DNA of 64,000 nucleotides from Eledone cirrhosa. Lineage: Eukaryota. Under the pieces are notes generated by a model that worked only from the letters and a program-made list of their open reading frames with translations, was not told the DNA's origin and ran no database searches. Each line of letters starts with the position of its first letter. Within the stretch, counting starts at the first letter, position 1. Location: positions 234,856,001 through 234,920,000 of the forward strand of contig OZ024742.1 in the NCBI GenBank assembly GCA_964016885.1. The letters run 5' to 3'. Shown here piece after piece: positions 24,501 through 37,975 of this stretch. The position numbers and the translations under genes were made by a program.

Positions 24501-26010
24501 TCATAATTACAAAATGTAAAGGACACATCATAAGTCAGAAATGTTGCCGACATAACAGTTTCAAATAAGTAAAATAGGTAACAAGAAAAAAAAAAGGTAA
24601 ACACCATGAAAGATAAACTTTAGATACAACATATTGATGTTATCTTATTTCTAGAGGCTTTTGTGGTGGATAGAAGAGGAAGAAAGACCAGGTTTCTAAA
24701 TAGATATAAAAGACTTAAGAATTAGCAGGTGGGGGACATGCTACCCCACTTGATGTAATGGTGTGTATATTTGGCTAGCAATCAAGATGTGTGTGTTTAG
24801 ATTCCCACAAGTTGAGTTTATTTCTCCACCATTATTCATTTTTGCTGATTAGTGTTTTGTTTCTATATATGCCTTACTACTACTAGCCTAAAATTAGTAA
24901 GAAACACACATAAGGGAGAGAACTGATAAAGTAGGGTTTTTACACCAATCCTTTCTTCCTTGAACTCATCAGTCTGGGGAGGAAGTCTGCAAAGATTATA
25001 TGTGCTGCCTTTTTCCTCCGACTTAGGGCATTTATTCAACTATGTATGAGTACAAGATCAAATCCACTACAGATGTTTTGTTGTATGAGAAATGAATCAA
25101 TTGATCTAACTCCTGAGAATTGTAGAAACCAAACCTTTTAATGAATGTTATACCTCAGGGATCCTACCATTTCTTTGGCACTCTTTTACATTAATAAACT
25201 ACTCCAATCATAGCCATACTGACACTGATGAAAGTAACCTACATTCGTCCTTCATCATCAATTTAAAACTTTAATAGCTTCCACAAAGGTTGCTTATAGA
25301 TCTTCCATGAACAGGGGACCAAGGAAACAGACACTGCCAAAAAAAACCCACACACATCTATGATACTGCCTTTCTCTATTTCTGACCAATACACAGCTCA
25401 AATTATATTCTTCCTTGTTTATGCCTCACCTCAATGAGGCAATTACTAGGTCTAATCTTTGACAAACATCTCATGAAGACCAGCAAATACTTTATATTTT
25501 AAACACACACATATTATAAATCTGCTTGTTTGTTCATTTGAGCATTACGCTTTAGTTAGTTAGAAAGAGGAGGAGGTGGAATAAGTGAGAGAGAGAGAGA
25601 GGTGGAGTGAGACAGACGGGGAGGTGGATTGTTAGAGAAAGAGAGAGAAGTGGAATGAGAGAGATGCGTTGGATAAAATTAAAAGAAAGAGATGTTGAAG
25701 GAATCTCATACAGCTAAAAAGTGGGAATTGGAGGCTAAACTGAAGAGGGGCAAATGTCTTCTGTAGAAGGATTTTTTTTTTTTAGTTTTTACTCACTCTT
25801 TAACTCCTCCTTTCTTTATATATAAATATATATATATATTACATAAGCCAAAACCGCATGCCACCGCAATCAGGATTTTACATATCCCCCTCTCTCTATT
25901 TGTGTGTGTGTATACGTGTGTGTATACATGTGTGTGTACGTATGTGCATGTCTGTTTGCATTCTTTAACTCTTTCCCTCAAGTTAAATAAAGCAGACAAT
26001 TTATAGTTTA

Positions 26011-26540
26011 CTAGCTGAGGTACCCAGCTTCACCTGGGTAAACATGATAGAAGACAGATAGAAGAGAAAAACGATTGTATTGGATCCATTATCTGGTTTA
26101 CAGTATGAGGTGAGACCGTGGTGAGTGTGACCAAAAAAAAAAAAGTCAAAAGTTTTCCAGATACACCAGATTCTTTGTTCTACCGTTCGTGCATAGTATA
26201 TTCTAGGTGTCCCCACTCGTAAACAACTTACATATAACTGTCCATGGGTAAAAACCGATTCTCTCACATTCAATCCTACAATTTTGAAACCCTGAGCTTT
26301 ATTTATGGTCATAGCAAAAGTGACTAACAGGGAACTGAAGTTTTTAGAATTTCAACGGCAGCTTGGTAGAGGAAAGGATAAGGGGAAACTTGGGAATAAA
26401 TGCACTTTCTCCTTGATGATTGTCTCCAAGAATAGTGGCCTCTAGGAAATGGTTCATCATCAACCCAACTGTTAAATGTGTGCCATTGCATAGACATGGC
26501 TGGTCCAGGTTTCTCAAAAGGATGATGGGAGTTCCAATTT
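26011..26540 (-). mobile_element. Helitron 3' fragment (PIF1 helicase C-terminus and terminus)
   Basis: MTINKAQG...VFTHGQLYV..RV. Terminal hairpin ACCCAG GTGAAG CTGGGT followed by CTAG|T at 26011. Confidence 0.85.
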
Positions 26541-27109
26541 TTTTATTTTATACTAGCAGAGGTACACAGCAATGCCCAGGTATTTTATGAAAGTAACAAT
26601 ATATTTTGGCACATATAAAATATTTGACCAATGAAATATGATTGCTGTATTTTAACTAAAGTAAGAATTAGCAGAATATTTATTGTCGTTTGTTCTTTGA
26701 AAGTCATAAATAAAATAAAATAAGAAATAATGTTAGCATTGTCTTACACATTTCTGTAATTCAGGTAAGTTTATTTAGTTTTTACACTGTAGCTTTCACC
26801 CACCTTTGCCTCAAAGGCTCTTGTTTGAGGGTGATTTGTTTTCTATTTCCATTAGGTATACCAACAGTTATAGTGGTTCCCATGACATACATACACACAA
26901 GTATGTGTGTGTAAAACAGTTTAGCTCTGATTTGAAAGGGATTTTCCTAATATTTCTAGCAGATCAAGTTATCACATAGAACCTTTTCTTTTTACTTCAT
27001 ACATAAATACATACATAAGATAGTAGAATGGGATTTGAAGGAAATTTGGCTGCTATTTATAACAGGTCTAGCTAGATACCACACAAAGATCTCACTTATA
27101 CTACTTTAT

Positions 27110-30100
27110 ATAGCAGAGGTACCCAGCAATGCCTGCATATTCTCCCAAAGTAAAACTATGCAGTAAAGTTGTGACTACAGAATTAGGATCTGTGTGTATT
27201 GTCAATGAATGAGGAATTATGATATTGTTCATTCCAAAGCCTCTGAATAAACAACGTTCTTGGTTTTGCTGTGGTGCTACAATGAAGAGACAATCAAGGT
27301 TTCCAACCCTTATATTACCAACATAGAGCTGATCATGTGAAAAGACAGGATCTGCTTGGTTCAACTCAACAAATTTCAATGATTGCTGTTGAGATTTATT
27401 TGATGATCATAGCAAAACTGAGTCTGATAGGAAATTGAAACCTTTGAAATTCAACTGGCAAATCAGTTGCCTTCAGAGGTATTCTGGGAATGAAACAATT
27501 GCCACCAGAAAATTTGATTGTATTGATTGCAATTTCTAGGACATTAGGCATCTATTTTTGATGATCAGTCTTGTAACATTGCAAAGTTTTGGATGATCCA
27601 GATTACAAAGTAGCATAACCGATACTCCAAGCTTCAGTATCAGATTGTGTGGAGGAATTCCTGCTAGTTCAAGACTGTTAAAAAATTCAGTTGGATAGTT
27701 TACAACCTGGTCTCGGGAAGTAATTGTGTCAACTGATTTGTAGCATCTTTTCTCTCCTGGTAAAATGTCCAGCAGCCTTCTGATGATTTCTTACACAGCA
27801 ACATTTTTCAGTGCTAAATTTACTCGTTCACAGAGTCATTTGGGATAACATTGTCTGATCTGAATGTTTGGAAACACTCTGGCAATCAGTTCTTGTTCTG
27901 TTTCAATTAACAACTGAATCTGGTCATTGGAGCCCTTTTCAACTAGCCCATTTCCCAATTTAAGTAGTTGGATGGCAAACTCACTGACACCTTCGTCATT
28001 AGTCAAGTGCACTCGCATATTGGTTGTAAGGCTCAGTCGCTGAAAGTGGGGCCGGAAATAGAATGTTTTCAGAAAGGCATTGACCTGATCAGCTTGAGTC
28101 CCTCGGGGAATTACAGGCAGAGGTTGTCTGAAATCACCAGCAAGAACCATTGTCACTTCTCCCATTAAGCAAGTATTTTCTCTCAGATCTCATTGTCCAG
28201 GCCAAAGCTTCAATTGCTCATTTATGGTTCATGATGGCTTCATCGCAAATTATCATCTTGCATGTTTTCAGGAGCTTGCCTGTGGGTGAGTTCTTCTTGA
28301 TGTTACAAAAAGATTGTTCATGCTGTGTGAGATCTATCGGTAGCTTAAACATGGAGTGTGCAGTTCTTCTTCCATCAAGAAGTGTTGCTGCAATGCCATT
28401 TGAAGCCAAAGCGAGGGCAATATGTTGCTTTTGGCAAACTTTTGCAAGTAGGAGGTTTATGAGGAATGTCTTACCTGTGCCAGCAGGAGCATTGATGATG
28501 AAAAGTCTTCCCCTATCATTTTAAATGCTTTTGATGTTGTGGTTGGCATATTTCTGGTCATCCACCAATTGAGGTTCATTTTCATCCACAAACTTACGCA
28601 AGGCTTGAATATCGTAGTTTGTATCCTGAAAAATTTCTTGTGCTAGCTCCATTTCCTCATCTGGCTCTGGCATACTGTAGTTAGCTAATGTGCTATTCAT
28701 TGCCTGAACTCAATGGGACAGATCACAGAGAGCTTGATTGTAAATTCCATATATATATATTGTCATGATGTCTTTAGGCTAGGTGTAGATAGTTGTTCAA
28801 CATTGTTTTTGTATTCCTGCCAGAGTAGGTATGCTTCATCAATTTCCCATGCTGAGTATAGTAGTAAACCACTGTCTTATTTGACTGGTGTTTCTTCTAG
28901 GGTCTTCTTTCAGTGTCCATTGTCATGCAGGAGTCCATACTGTTTACATGCTTCTTGGTATGTTGTGGACACCCTTCTTCTAAAGCACCTGAGATCCTCA
29001 AACAATATGCAGAAGTAGCCATAAATATAAACACTCTCTGTTAGTGGGGTAGACATTGTAAACATGCTCAATAGCACCACTTGCCTCGACTTCATGACTT
29101 TCCACTAAATGACCCTGCTTCCTTCGATTCCAAGTCTTGCAATTCACCCAGGTGTAGTATTTTGGGATATCAGCATACAAGAAGGATTGATCAAATTCAT
29201 CATTCTAGCAGTTTAAAAAAAGCAGTTAGAGTAGTGTCAGGTGGTGTTTGGACCAACTGATGAGCAGTGGTCTCAGTGAAGTATATTCACTGTCCGTTTT
29301 CCAAATGGACTGCTAGGTTGACCACTGTTGGGTAGCATTGATGGATATCAAATCCAAAGACCTGTCAGATAGCTTCATTGCCTGTCTGGTAGCATTTGAC
29401 CTCATCCAGCCCACCATCATTGAATTCCTTGTCAGTAACAAAGGTAGCCATGTCACTGCCCTTCTTGTGACATATAGCATTGCTTTGATAGAGCTGCAAT
29501 ACTCAACATCGATGTGAGCTTTTAGAAGTTTACACAACAATTTGATGTGTGGGACTACCCATCGATTGTCTATGGTCAGTTCTTCTCAAACTGTTAGGTT
29601 CGTAGTATTGCCTCTATGTTCAGGTAACGCCTACGATAAAGGGGGTATCCATCACAGTCAGTACAAGTTTGCTGAATAAAAACTCTAGGATAATGTTTAT
29701 TGCATTTTTTTATCTTTCATGCAGGGAGAGGCTGGGTTGTTGACTCCACATAGACAATGGATGAGTTTGGACTTGATAATTTCAAAGACCTCTGGATCAC
29801 CATCTTTATCATGCAATTCCGCTGAAATTAGATCATCTGGTCTTATCTTCTCCTTGCAACATATTAGTGTGTGAGAGTGAGAAAGTCCATTCAATAGTGG
29901 CCATCCAGGCACTAAGCTCACTTTATTCTAGGAGCCAGAGGAATATTTTTTTTTTTGCTCTTCATGGAACACCCAAGCAATGAAGTCATGTCGATCCTTC
30001 AGTTTTTGATTTTGAAATTTTTATCCAGTTTGAGTTGCATGTAAATGTAATGAAGAGATCTGGCCGACCAAATTTTCTAACATAGGCCATTGCATCTTGC

Positions 30101-30825
30101 ATATATTCATGCATGTAACGCAGTCCTCACGTGAAGCTTGATGGCAGCATGACCGACTTGCCAATTCTTGGTTCACCATCAAAATTAATGGCATCTGTAA
30201 GGTGGATGTAGTTCTCTGCCTTCGCAGGAAACCCAATGTTTCTGTTTCAATGTTGGCATACATATCCACCATGAACTGGCTGATTACTTCTTTGAATCAC
30301 AGAACTTGAAGTGATAAGCATAGAATTCTTTGCAACTGATTGATCGGCCAGTTTCTTTCCTTGTTTCTGGGTTGTTCTGCCGTAGCTGAAAAAGATACCC
30401 ATCTTGACCATTCCAAAAGATGAGCAGATATTGGAGTGAGTCATAGATCCTATGCGCTTCATATATTTGGTCCAAATGTCCACTTCATTTTGGCAAAACA
30501 ATGTCATCATTTGTGCTGTTCATTAACCATTATGATGCAACTTCTTCAGTGACAGGGGCATTGAAACTGTGTTCATGTTCTAAAGCTAGGTGTTTGTTTA
30601 CTCTGGTGGTGATTTTAGGATCACTGGTGTTGTTCATGTGCTCCAATGCATATTTAACTATACTGATGTACATGTAATGTGAGTAAAGCATTTCTTTTAA
30701 CCTCATGACTATGTAGAACTACAATCCACCATGGATAATGGTACATCTTTGTTGTGCCTGTTTCATTTCCACACATGAAGTAAACCTACACAAATTTATG
30801 AGACTCCTGTAAAAGTGGCAGGCCA
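27110..30825 (-). mobile_element. Decayed autonomous Helitron (RepHel pseudogene)
   Basis: Ordered fragments YDSLQYLLIF, IDVEYCSSIKA, YADIPKYYTW, ASNGIAATLLDGRRTAHSMFKLP, LAGDFRQPLPVI and FSHDQLYV. 3' terminus variant at 27110. Confidence 0.9.
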
Positions 30826-30829
30826 CCCA

Positions 30830-32520
30830 TTTCGTATTGTGGAGCTTTGAAATTTAGAAATAAAAGTTATAACTGTTGTAATAATGGAAAAGTTGTGCTG
30901 CCTCCATTGCAGAGACCGAGAAATCTCTTTGAAGGAGACAGCCAGGAAGCAGTTGTATTTCACAGGAACATCCGTAATTACAAGTGTGCATTTTCTTTTG
31001 TTTCATTTGGGTCAAACTTGCCTTACCACCAGACAGAGGCCCATATTGCTTTCGTATTCAGAGTCAAACATACCACATTTCTGTACTCTGCAGAAAATAC
31101 ACCACAATATAACCAGTTATATATTTTTGATGCAAATGATTGGAAGCACAGATTGGAAGCACTGCCAAATAATGACTGCTCACCGCAAGCAATGACTATG
31201 ATAAGTGAGGTGTTGCATGAATGTAATCCATATATGACATCAAACAAGATGAGCAGCAAAGAGCAAGAAGAGAAACTCATCCTATATAGAATTGTGAATT
31301 AAGATTTAGAAGAGGATCAGATATGAGATGTTACAATTTACCAATTAGCAATGAAATAGCTGTTATTTTTGTGGAGGATAGATGGCACACCACCTGTACA
31401 CAGAGATATTGTCATCTACCCTAAAGGCCATCCTCCTGAAAAAGTAACATATATTTTATACCACTTAACCTACCCTTTATTGTTTCCACATGGTGAATTT
31501 GAGTGGCATAGTGGCATGCAGAGGAATGCAGGACCCACATCCACAAAAAACTGACAATGCAAGAGTATTGCAGATACTGAATAGCATATAGAGGAGTATT
31601 TAGTGAGATACATAGGGCAGATAAATTATTTCAGCAGTAATCAGTGGATGCCTATGTGAAAGTAGAGGGATGCAGGCTTCAATATTTGAAGAACAACCAA
31701 GCCGAATTGTGAGTGGATGAAATGGTTTAATGGATTATCTAAACAGAGGAGCAGATGATAACACTAAGCCAGGAGTGCCAGTTATTTTGCCATCATCCTT
31801 CACTGGCAGCCCAAGAAACATGCATCATTACTTTCAGAATGCTACAAATGTTGCAAAATAAGGCAAGCCAGATCTTTTTATAACTTATACATGCAACCAT
31901 CTTGATATTGATTCTCTTGCTGAAGAGCAATAAGTGATTGTTGATACTGTAATTGATGCCATTCAACAGAGAAGAAAACCTGAAAGGCCTGCACATGCAT
32001 GCTTCTATGCAGGTGCGCCTGAAGGATGTGACAAAACATACCTGTTCAATATACTGATTTCTCACCTCCAGTATCATAAGTGTTGCAGTACTTGGACTAA
32101 CATAACGTCTGCAATGATGCTTGGAGGTAGAACTATGCATAATTTATTTAAACTACCTGTTCCACTAACAGGGACCAATGTGTGTAATGTATTTGGCTCA
32201 TATGACCATACCAATTACTTATAGAACCTGCATCTCATAATGCTGGACAAAGTTTCTATGATTCCTCCCTATGCAAAACATGCCATTAATAAGTGCCTTC
32301 TATACATCACAGGTGTCAAGTGTTTGGAAGGTGACCTCAGGCAAGTGCTCCCAATATTACCAGGGAGTACATGTGAAGCCACATTAGAAATATGCCTTAA
32401 AAACTCCCACCAGTGACACTTCTTTCATTTATATTAAATAATATCAGAGTAAAAGAAGATCAGGGAGAGTTTGCAAAGTGGCTAATACATCTTGGCAATG
32501 GAACAACACCTCAATTTTGA
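30830..32520 (+). mobile_element. Second decayed Helitron RepHel, internally deleted, opposite orientation
   Basis: CCNNGKVVLPPL, RNIRNYKCAFSF, QLYIFDA, YPLLFPHGE, GAPEGCDKTYL and GGRTMHNLFKLPV. Confidence 0.87.
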
Positions 32521-33239
32521 AGAACTGAATATGTCTCACAACAGGGCAACTCATTTAACCCATGCTAGCATGGAAACTGAACATTAAACGGTGATGATGA
32601 TATATATGTGTGTATTGTTTTTTATATATATACACACACACACACATATATACATATGGTCAATATAATGGTGATGTTGATGGGGAGAGAATAATGGTCA
32701 GTTCTATTGTTGATATCCTGTATGAATAGGCGTTGCACGAGAAAGCCTCTTATTACTACTATCAGATGCTGCCAGGTATATGGTCAAAGTAGGTGACTTT
32801 GCCGAATAGAAAACTCATTAATATCTCCCATGGACTACAGTTGTCTTGTTTAATTGTCAACTTACATCAGTTAGTGTTAAGCGTAGTTTTTCAATGATTA
32901 GTGAAATACTAACAAGTGTTGTTTCTCCTGAGAATGTGAAATTTTATATTGCAGTAATGTATAATATCTAAAGAATTCTGATTTTGTCATTTGATGTTGA
33001 TTTTTAAAAAAATGAATAATAAAGATCTTGAGTTAAATTTTATATCTTTAGGTTTATATAAGATATACAAAAAATTTTTAAGGCCCAAAAACTAGAAAGA
33101 AAAAATATATTTCTTCAAGAGGAGTGTAAATGTGAATAATAAACAGGATGTATACCAGTCTAATGTTGCTTGCCTTTGGCCCTTATTTTTCAGTCTGAGG
33201 GCCCAGCCTGAGTGAAGTGTAAGTAGTAAAGAAGATGAG

Positions 33240-33930
33240 ATCTAGCTAAGCACAAAGCTGAAGTGGTGTGTTCTGCAGGAGATAAGAGAAGATCTCTCAG
33301 TCATGGAGACATGCTGAGGGTGTATATATACCCAAAGAAGAAAATCAGCCAATTCCAGGTAATCTCTTTGCTCAGCCTGGAAAGTAAGATCTTCAGCATC
33401 CTGTTGAAAAGACACTCCGATATTTTGTTGAGCAACAACTATATTGACACTTCAATAGAGAAAGAAGACATACTGGCTGCCTTGAACACACAAGTAAGGA
33501 GACCCAGCTCATCAAAGAAGCAAGGAAGACAGTACTGTGGCTGGATTTGTCCAACACAAACTTCCATCTGTTAGGAAAGAGTTCATAATGTTGTGGGTAC
33601 ATGAACATCTGCAGTACACTGGATTAAGGGGCTCTCAAAGTGGCTAGTACAGGAATTACTGTGAGAATTGAAAGGAAATGGAAGGCAGCTAAGGCAGTTC
33701 AGCGGGCAGAGGTACGACTGCAGCACAAATCCTTTCTTGGGAGTGTGGTACAAGGCAGGGCTGATGTCAGTAGCTCAAGATCAACCTGATGCAGGACAAG
33801 GTGTAGGCTTTTCTGGAGGAACATAATCTGGCTGGACATCAAGAAGTAGAACCCACATGGTTCTAGGTGCATGCCAGTGGATGGAAACTGTAGAAAAACT
33901 TGGATGATATGGTCAAGGCTGACCTCACAA
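33240..33930 (+). mobile_element. Decayed HERO/R2-group non-LTR retrotransposon fragments
   Basis: QFQVISLLSLESKIF, NNYIDTSI, WLDLSN and RKWKAAKAVQRAEVRLQHKSFLGSVVQGRA, resembling HERO-type RT and C-terminal motifs. Confidence 0.6.
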
Positions 33931-34067
33931 AGTAGATGACACATGAGTGAGTCAACTGGCAATGTCATACTTGAGTATGCGCCTTCAACGGGGCACAGGG
34001 CACTGTCAATATCCACCGGCAATTCAGCATTGAATATAGATGTTAAATAGAGATGATATATATATAT

Positions 34068-34393
34068 GGGTAAAGGATAAAGACCCTCTTCGGTCACAAA
34101 TGACTGTGGGATTTGCACCTAGAAAGTTCCACTCTGGGCTAGGGTGTTTGTGGAAGACCACCAGTTGCCCATGCAAACTAGCCTCCTCTCTCCACGCCAC
34201 TGATGTTGTCCAAAGGAAAGGCAATGGCCGATACAGCTTGGCACCACAACTCATTTCTACAGCTAAGTAAACTGGAGCAACTTGAAATAAAGTGTCTTGT
34301 TCAAGGACACAACGCATCACCTGGTCCGAGAATTGAAGTCCCAACCTCCCAATTGCAAGCCCAATGCTCCAACCACTAAGCTATGCACCTTCA
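34068..34393 (-). mobile_element. tRNA-derived SINE (family C): family-B head and core with a different tail
   Basis: Head and core match 5026-5356 up to GCTGTAGAAATGAG. An unrelated tail follows, ending GTGACCGAAGAGGGTCTTTATCCTTTACC. Confidence 0.8.
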
Positions 34394-34410
34394 CATTGAT
34401 ATATATATAT

Positions 34411-35858
34411 CATCATTTAACATTCATTTTCTCTGCTAGCAAGGGTTGGACAGGTCTATAGAGACCAAGTCAGTATTGAAGCAAGGCTACTGACCTCCCA
34501 GACAGGCCAAGGGGTTTGAATCCTACTTACGTATGGTCATATCGAGTGCAGAGAAGTTGTCATGTCTTTTGACACAAATTGAAGGGTCCACCTAACCCGT
34601 GTTTGGCAAGTTTTCTAAGGCTGAATGCCCTCCCTAAAACCAACCATGTTACAATGTGTACAGGGTACTTTTATTGTGTAGATCACCAGCACTAGGGAGG
34701 CTGTCATGTCCTTGACACAACTAAAGGGTCTGCTCAAATCTTTGTTTGGCAAGCTTTCTACGGCTGGATGCCCTTCTTATCACCAACCATTTTACAGCAT
34801 GTACTAAGTGTGTTTATCACGTAGATCACCAACACTAGAGATGTTGTCTTTGACACAAGTAAAGGGTTCTCTTAATCCTTTTAAACATGGTTTCTATGGT
34901 GGGGTGCCCATCCTGTCGCTAACCACTCAGAGAGTGTACTGGGTGCATTTTTGTGGCACCATCATGAGAGAAGTTGTTGGTCATAAACCCAACTGTAGAG
35001 CCCTCTCAGCTCTTGGGTGGAGAAGGGAGGCAATAGGGGAGAAAGATAGGTATGAATTTATAAGTGTTTGTGGGGATTTGGCAGGGCAATGAGCAAAATG
35101 GTAGGGATGGCTGATTAGTGTAGTGGTGTGATGGATGTGGTCAATATGGTGAAATTGAGGGACATGATAGAGAGATAGTTAGGATGTAAGGGATATGTAA
35201 AGGTTAGGAGTAGCTGGTTAGTGTATGTGGATAGGGGGTGTGCATGATAGAGAAGGGTATGTTGTGGTGGAGAGATAGGTAAGGGGCTATGAAGGGGGAA
35301 GGGGTGGTAGTGTTCGTGAACAAGGGGTAGAGAGAGTAGCTACTAGGGTGCAACAGAGAGGATATCTAATGTGTTCAGAGGGAGTAGTTATGGAGGGGGT
35401 ATGGGTAATGGGTGCAGTAGCGGTAAGGAGTGCTAGTGGGAGGGCTATGGATGGGTCAGGTCATATTGTATGCTTCTCGATCTTTTGTCACCTCAGTTGA
35501 GAGACTTAGTTTCTTGAAGTCACTCTTCACTACCTCATCCCATGTCTTCCTGTGTCTGTCGTTTCCTCAGGTTCCAGCCACTGGGATTGTTCTGCATTTA
35601 TTTATGTAGCAGCTATCCTCCATACTCATCATATGTCCTTACCAGTACAGTCTTCTGCCCTACACATTACACCCAATTCCTCTTATGCCAAGTTTTCCTT
35701 TCAGTTCACTGCTACATCATTCATGCACATAATCATTACACATCCATCAGAGCATACTCATTTCATTTCTCTCCAGCCTTTACAATTCTTCTGCAGTGAA
35801 GTAAGGCCCATTTTTCACTGCCGTGTAGCATTGCAGTTCACACGCAGGCATCATAGTC
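34411..35858 (-). mobile_element. Older RTE LINE 3' portion
   Basis: Decayed YDACV/MLHGSE-like ORF end at 35460-35858, a long 3'UTR with repeated GGATGCCCTTC motifs and a CATCAT tail. Confidence 0.7.
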
Positions 35859-35864
35859 TCTCTC

Positions 35865-35964
<100 letters not shown>

Positions 35965-35999
35965 CACACACACACACAAGAGAAAAAAATTAGATAACG

Positions 36000-36545
36000 A
36001 AAAAAGGAGGCAGACTCTACACCACTAGTTGTGCAACTGCTCTCCACAAAAATGATGGCAAAAATATTAGTGAAGAACAGCCAGCGACACCCACTACATC
36101 ATCTATTCTATCTCAAGGGATTCCTTCCTCAGGTGGGATGCACTCCCGGTTTTGCGGAGGAGAATGTCAGTCGGAAGACCGAGGATATAAGAGATCTCGG
36201 CGACAACCGGTACGAAAAGGAAACGGTCAGTCAAGCCTTGGATATCTTCCGCATTACAGGCAGCAGAAGCCAGGTTTGTTGACGAATCGACAAGATTGGA
36301 GGCAGAGAATGTGTCGCAGCACTTGGCGTCCCAGGTTAGAGATTTTCCGCCTCTCCCACCTCGAACGGGGAAAAGGTTATCCCGTCTGGGCGCTTGCCGT
36401 CACCACGGTAAAGTCCAGTAAGATCCAGTTGTGAGCGTCATTCATGGCGCCGTGCCAAGTGAACCTAAGAGAGCGAGTGTAGTCCGAACCTGCCGTCATT
36501 GGCTCCACAACGGCATTTGTGTGGCTCACGTTTGGGAAACAATAA
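36000..36545 (-). mobile_element. CRE-clade non-LTR retrotransposon 3' fragment
   Basis: HKCRCG...GLHSLS zinc-knuckle region, then GDGKRPDGITFSPF and DTFSASN (restriction-like endonuclease). Confidence 0.8.
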
Positions 36546-36705
36546 AGATGTACTTGAGAACTGATAAAAAACAACAAAAACAAATATAGTGTCACGATCT
36601 CCCCCTCCTCAGAAAAAATACACAATGATCTCTAAAAATACACAAAGATCTCTAAAAAAGCAGTATGCCCATGATTGGAATGCTTTTGATCAGAGTTGAC
36701 ACACA

Positions 36706-36990
36706 CGGGCAGTGCCCGGATTACGAACGAGTTTCCTGCGTCGGATTTTATGTAAGCCGAAAACAGTTACGTTATCTAGAGTCAGTTAGTCAAACGTATG
36801 TATTTGTATAGTATATATTTTAACTAAAACACCCCTAAACAATAATATTGAAAAAATGTGATGTTTTGACATGCTTTGCAAAGTATATAGTTTGTTATTT
36901 ACAACCACATTGTGAGCTCGAATTTTTAATATAATTGCTTTACAGAGGTCGGTTCGTAACTATGTATGTTCGTAACATGGGAACTGTCTG
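36706..36990. mobile_element. TcMar-Tigger-like MITE
   Basis: Imperfect TIRs CGGGCAGTGCCCGGATTACGAAC / GTTCGTAACATGGGAACTGTCTG|TA. Confidence 0.6.
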
Positions 36991-37191
36991 TACGTAAATA
37001 TTTATAGCAAAGTAGTTCTATATACATATTCATATTTAAAACGATATATAATTTGAAATAATAGTATATCAAACTTTTTGGTGTAGAGAGGATGCAATTT
37101 TCCAGATCTGACTTATTAATAAACGAAATTATAAATTACATAAAGAATTTCAAAATAGACATTTTCAAAAAACAAAAACAACGCAACTTAC

Positions 37192-37400
37192 CAAAAAATG
37201 AATTTCGGGTTATTTTCTTTTGGGGGTATCCTTTTCCTCCTTTTGATTTATTTATTGTCCTGTAACTATCGAAGGAAGACGTATGTCAACGTATCCTATA
37301 TTCATCGGATCTTTTGAAATGTTTATAGTGTTCTTTATTATTTTTTGTATTGATTTTAATTGTTTTTTTAACTTCCAATAAGGTAAATACGTCAGTGAAT
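37192..37400 (-). other. Putative non-coding 5'UTR exon of the vasculin-family gene
   Basis: Consensus donor TG|GTAAGT at 37191, and a pyrimidine tract plus AG at 37401-37430. No long ORF; contains uORF MNIGYVDIRLPSIVTGQ* (37252-37305). Confidence 0.5.
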
Positions 37401-37896
37401 CTTCGACGTAAACAACAAAAACAAGAAGAAACTACCAATAACGACAATGATTGTGGTGATAGTATGACGATGATGATTATGATAATTATTATTAACTAAT
37501 GCACACTGCCTTTTAAAGAGAGAAAAAGAATTATAAACTCCAGAGTAACAAAAAAAAAAAGAAAATGTAAGAGAGAGAAAGGCAACAGAAAGACTTTATG
37601 AAGTGAGATCAATAAGGCACGCTTCGGTCATTTAAAAAACTTTTCAAGTGACCTTGTTAAGTCAATTAATTTGTTGTTATGTTTCCATTGTCTCGTGTCA
37701 GGAGTGTTTATTGAAAAATGGACATCAAATTGTGTTGTAAAGGGGTGTGGGGAAATAGATTTGAATGGATATCACAGACTTGAAGGAGATTTGTTTAACT
37801 AAACAAATATGTATGTTGTATACAAAGAATAGAATTTTATAGGCGGGGGGTTGAAAATATAAACAAAGAAATGTATATTAAATGCAGAGAGAAAGA

Positions 37897-37975
<79 letters not shown>

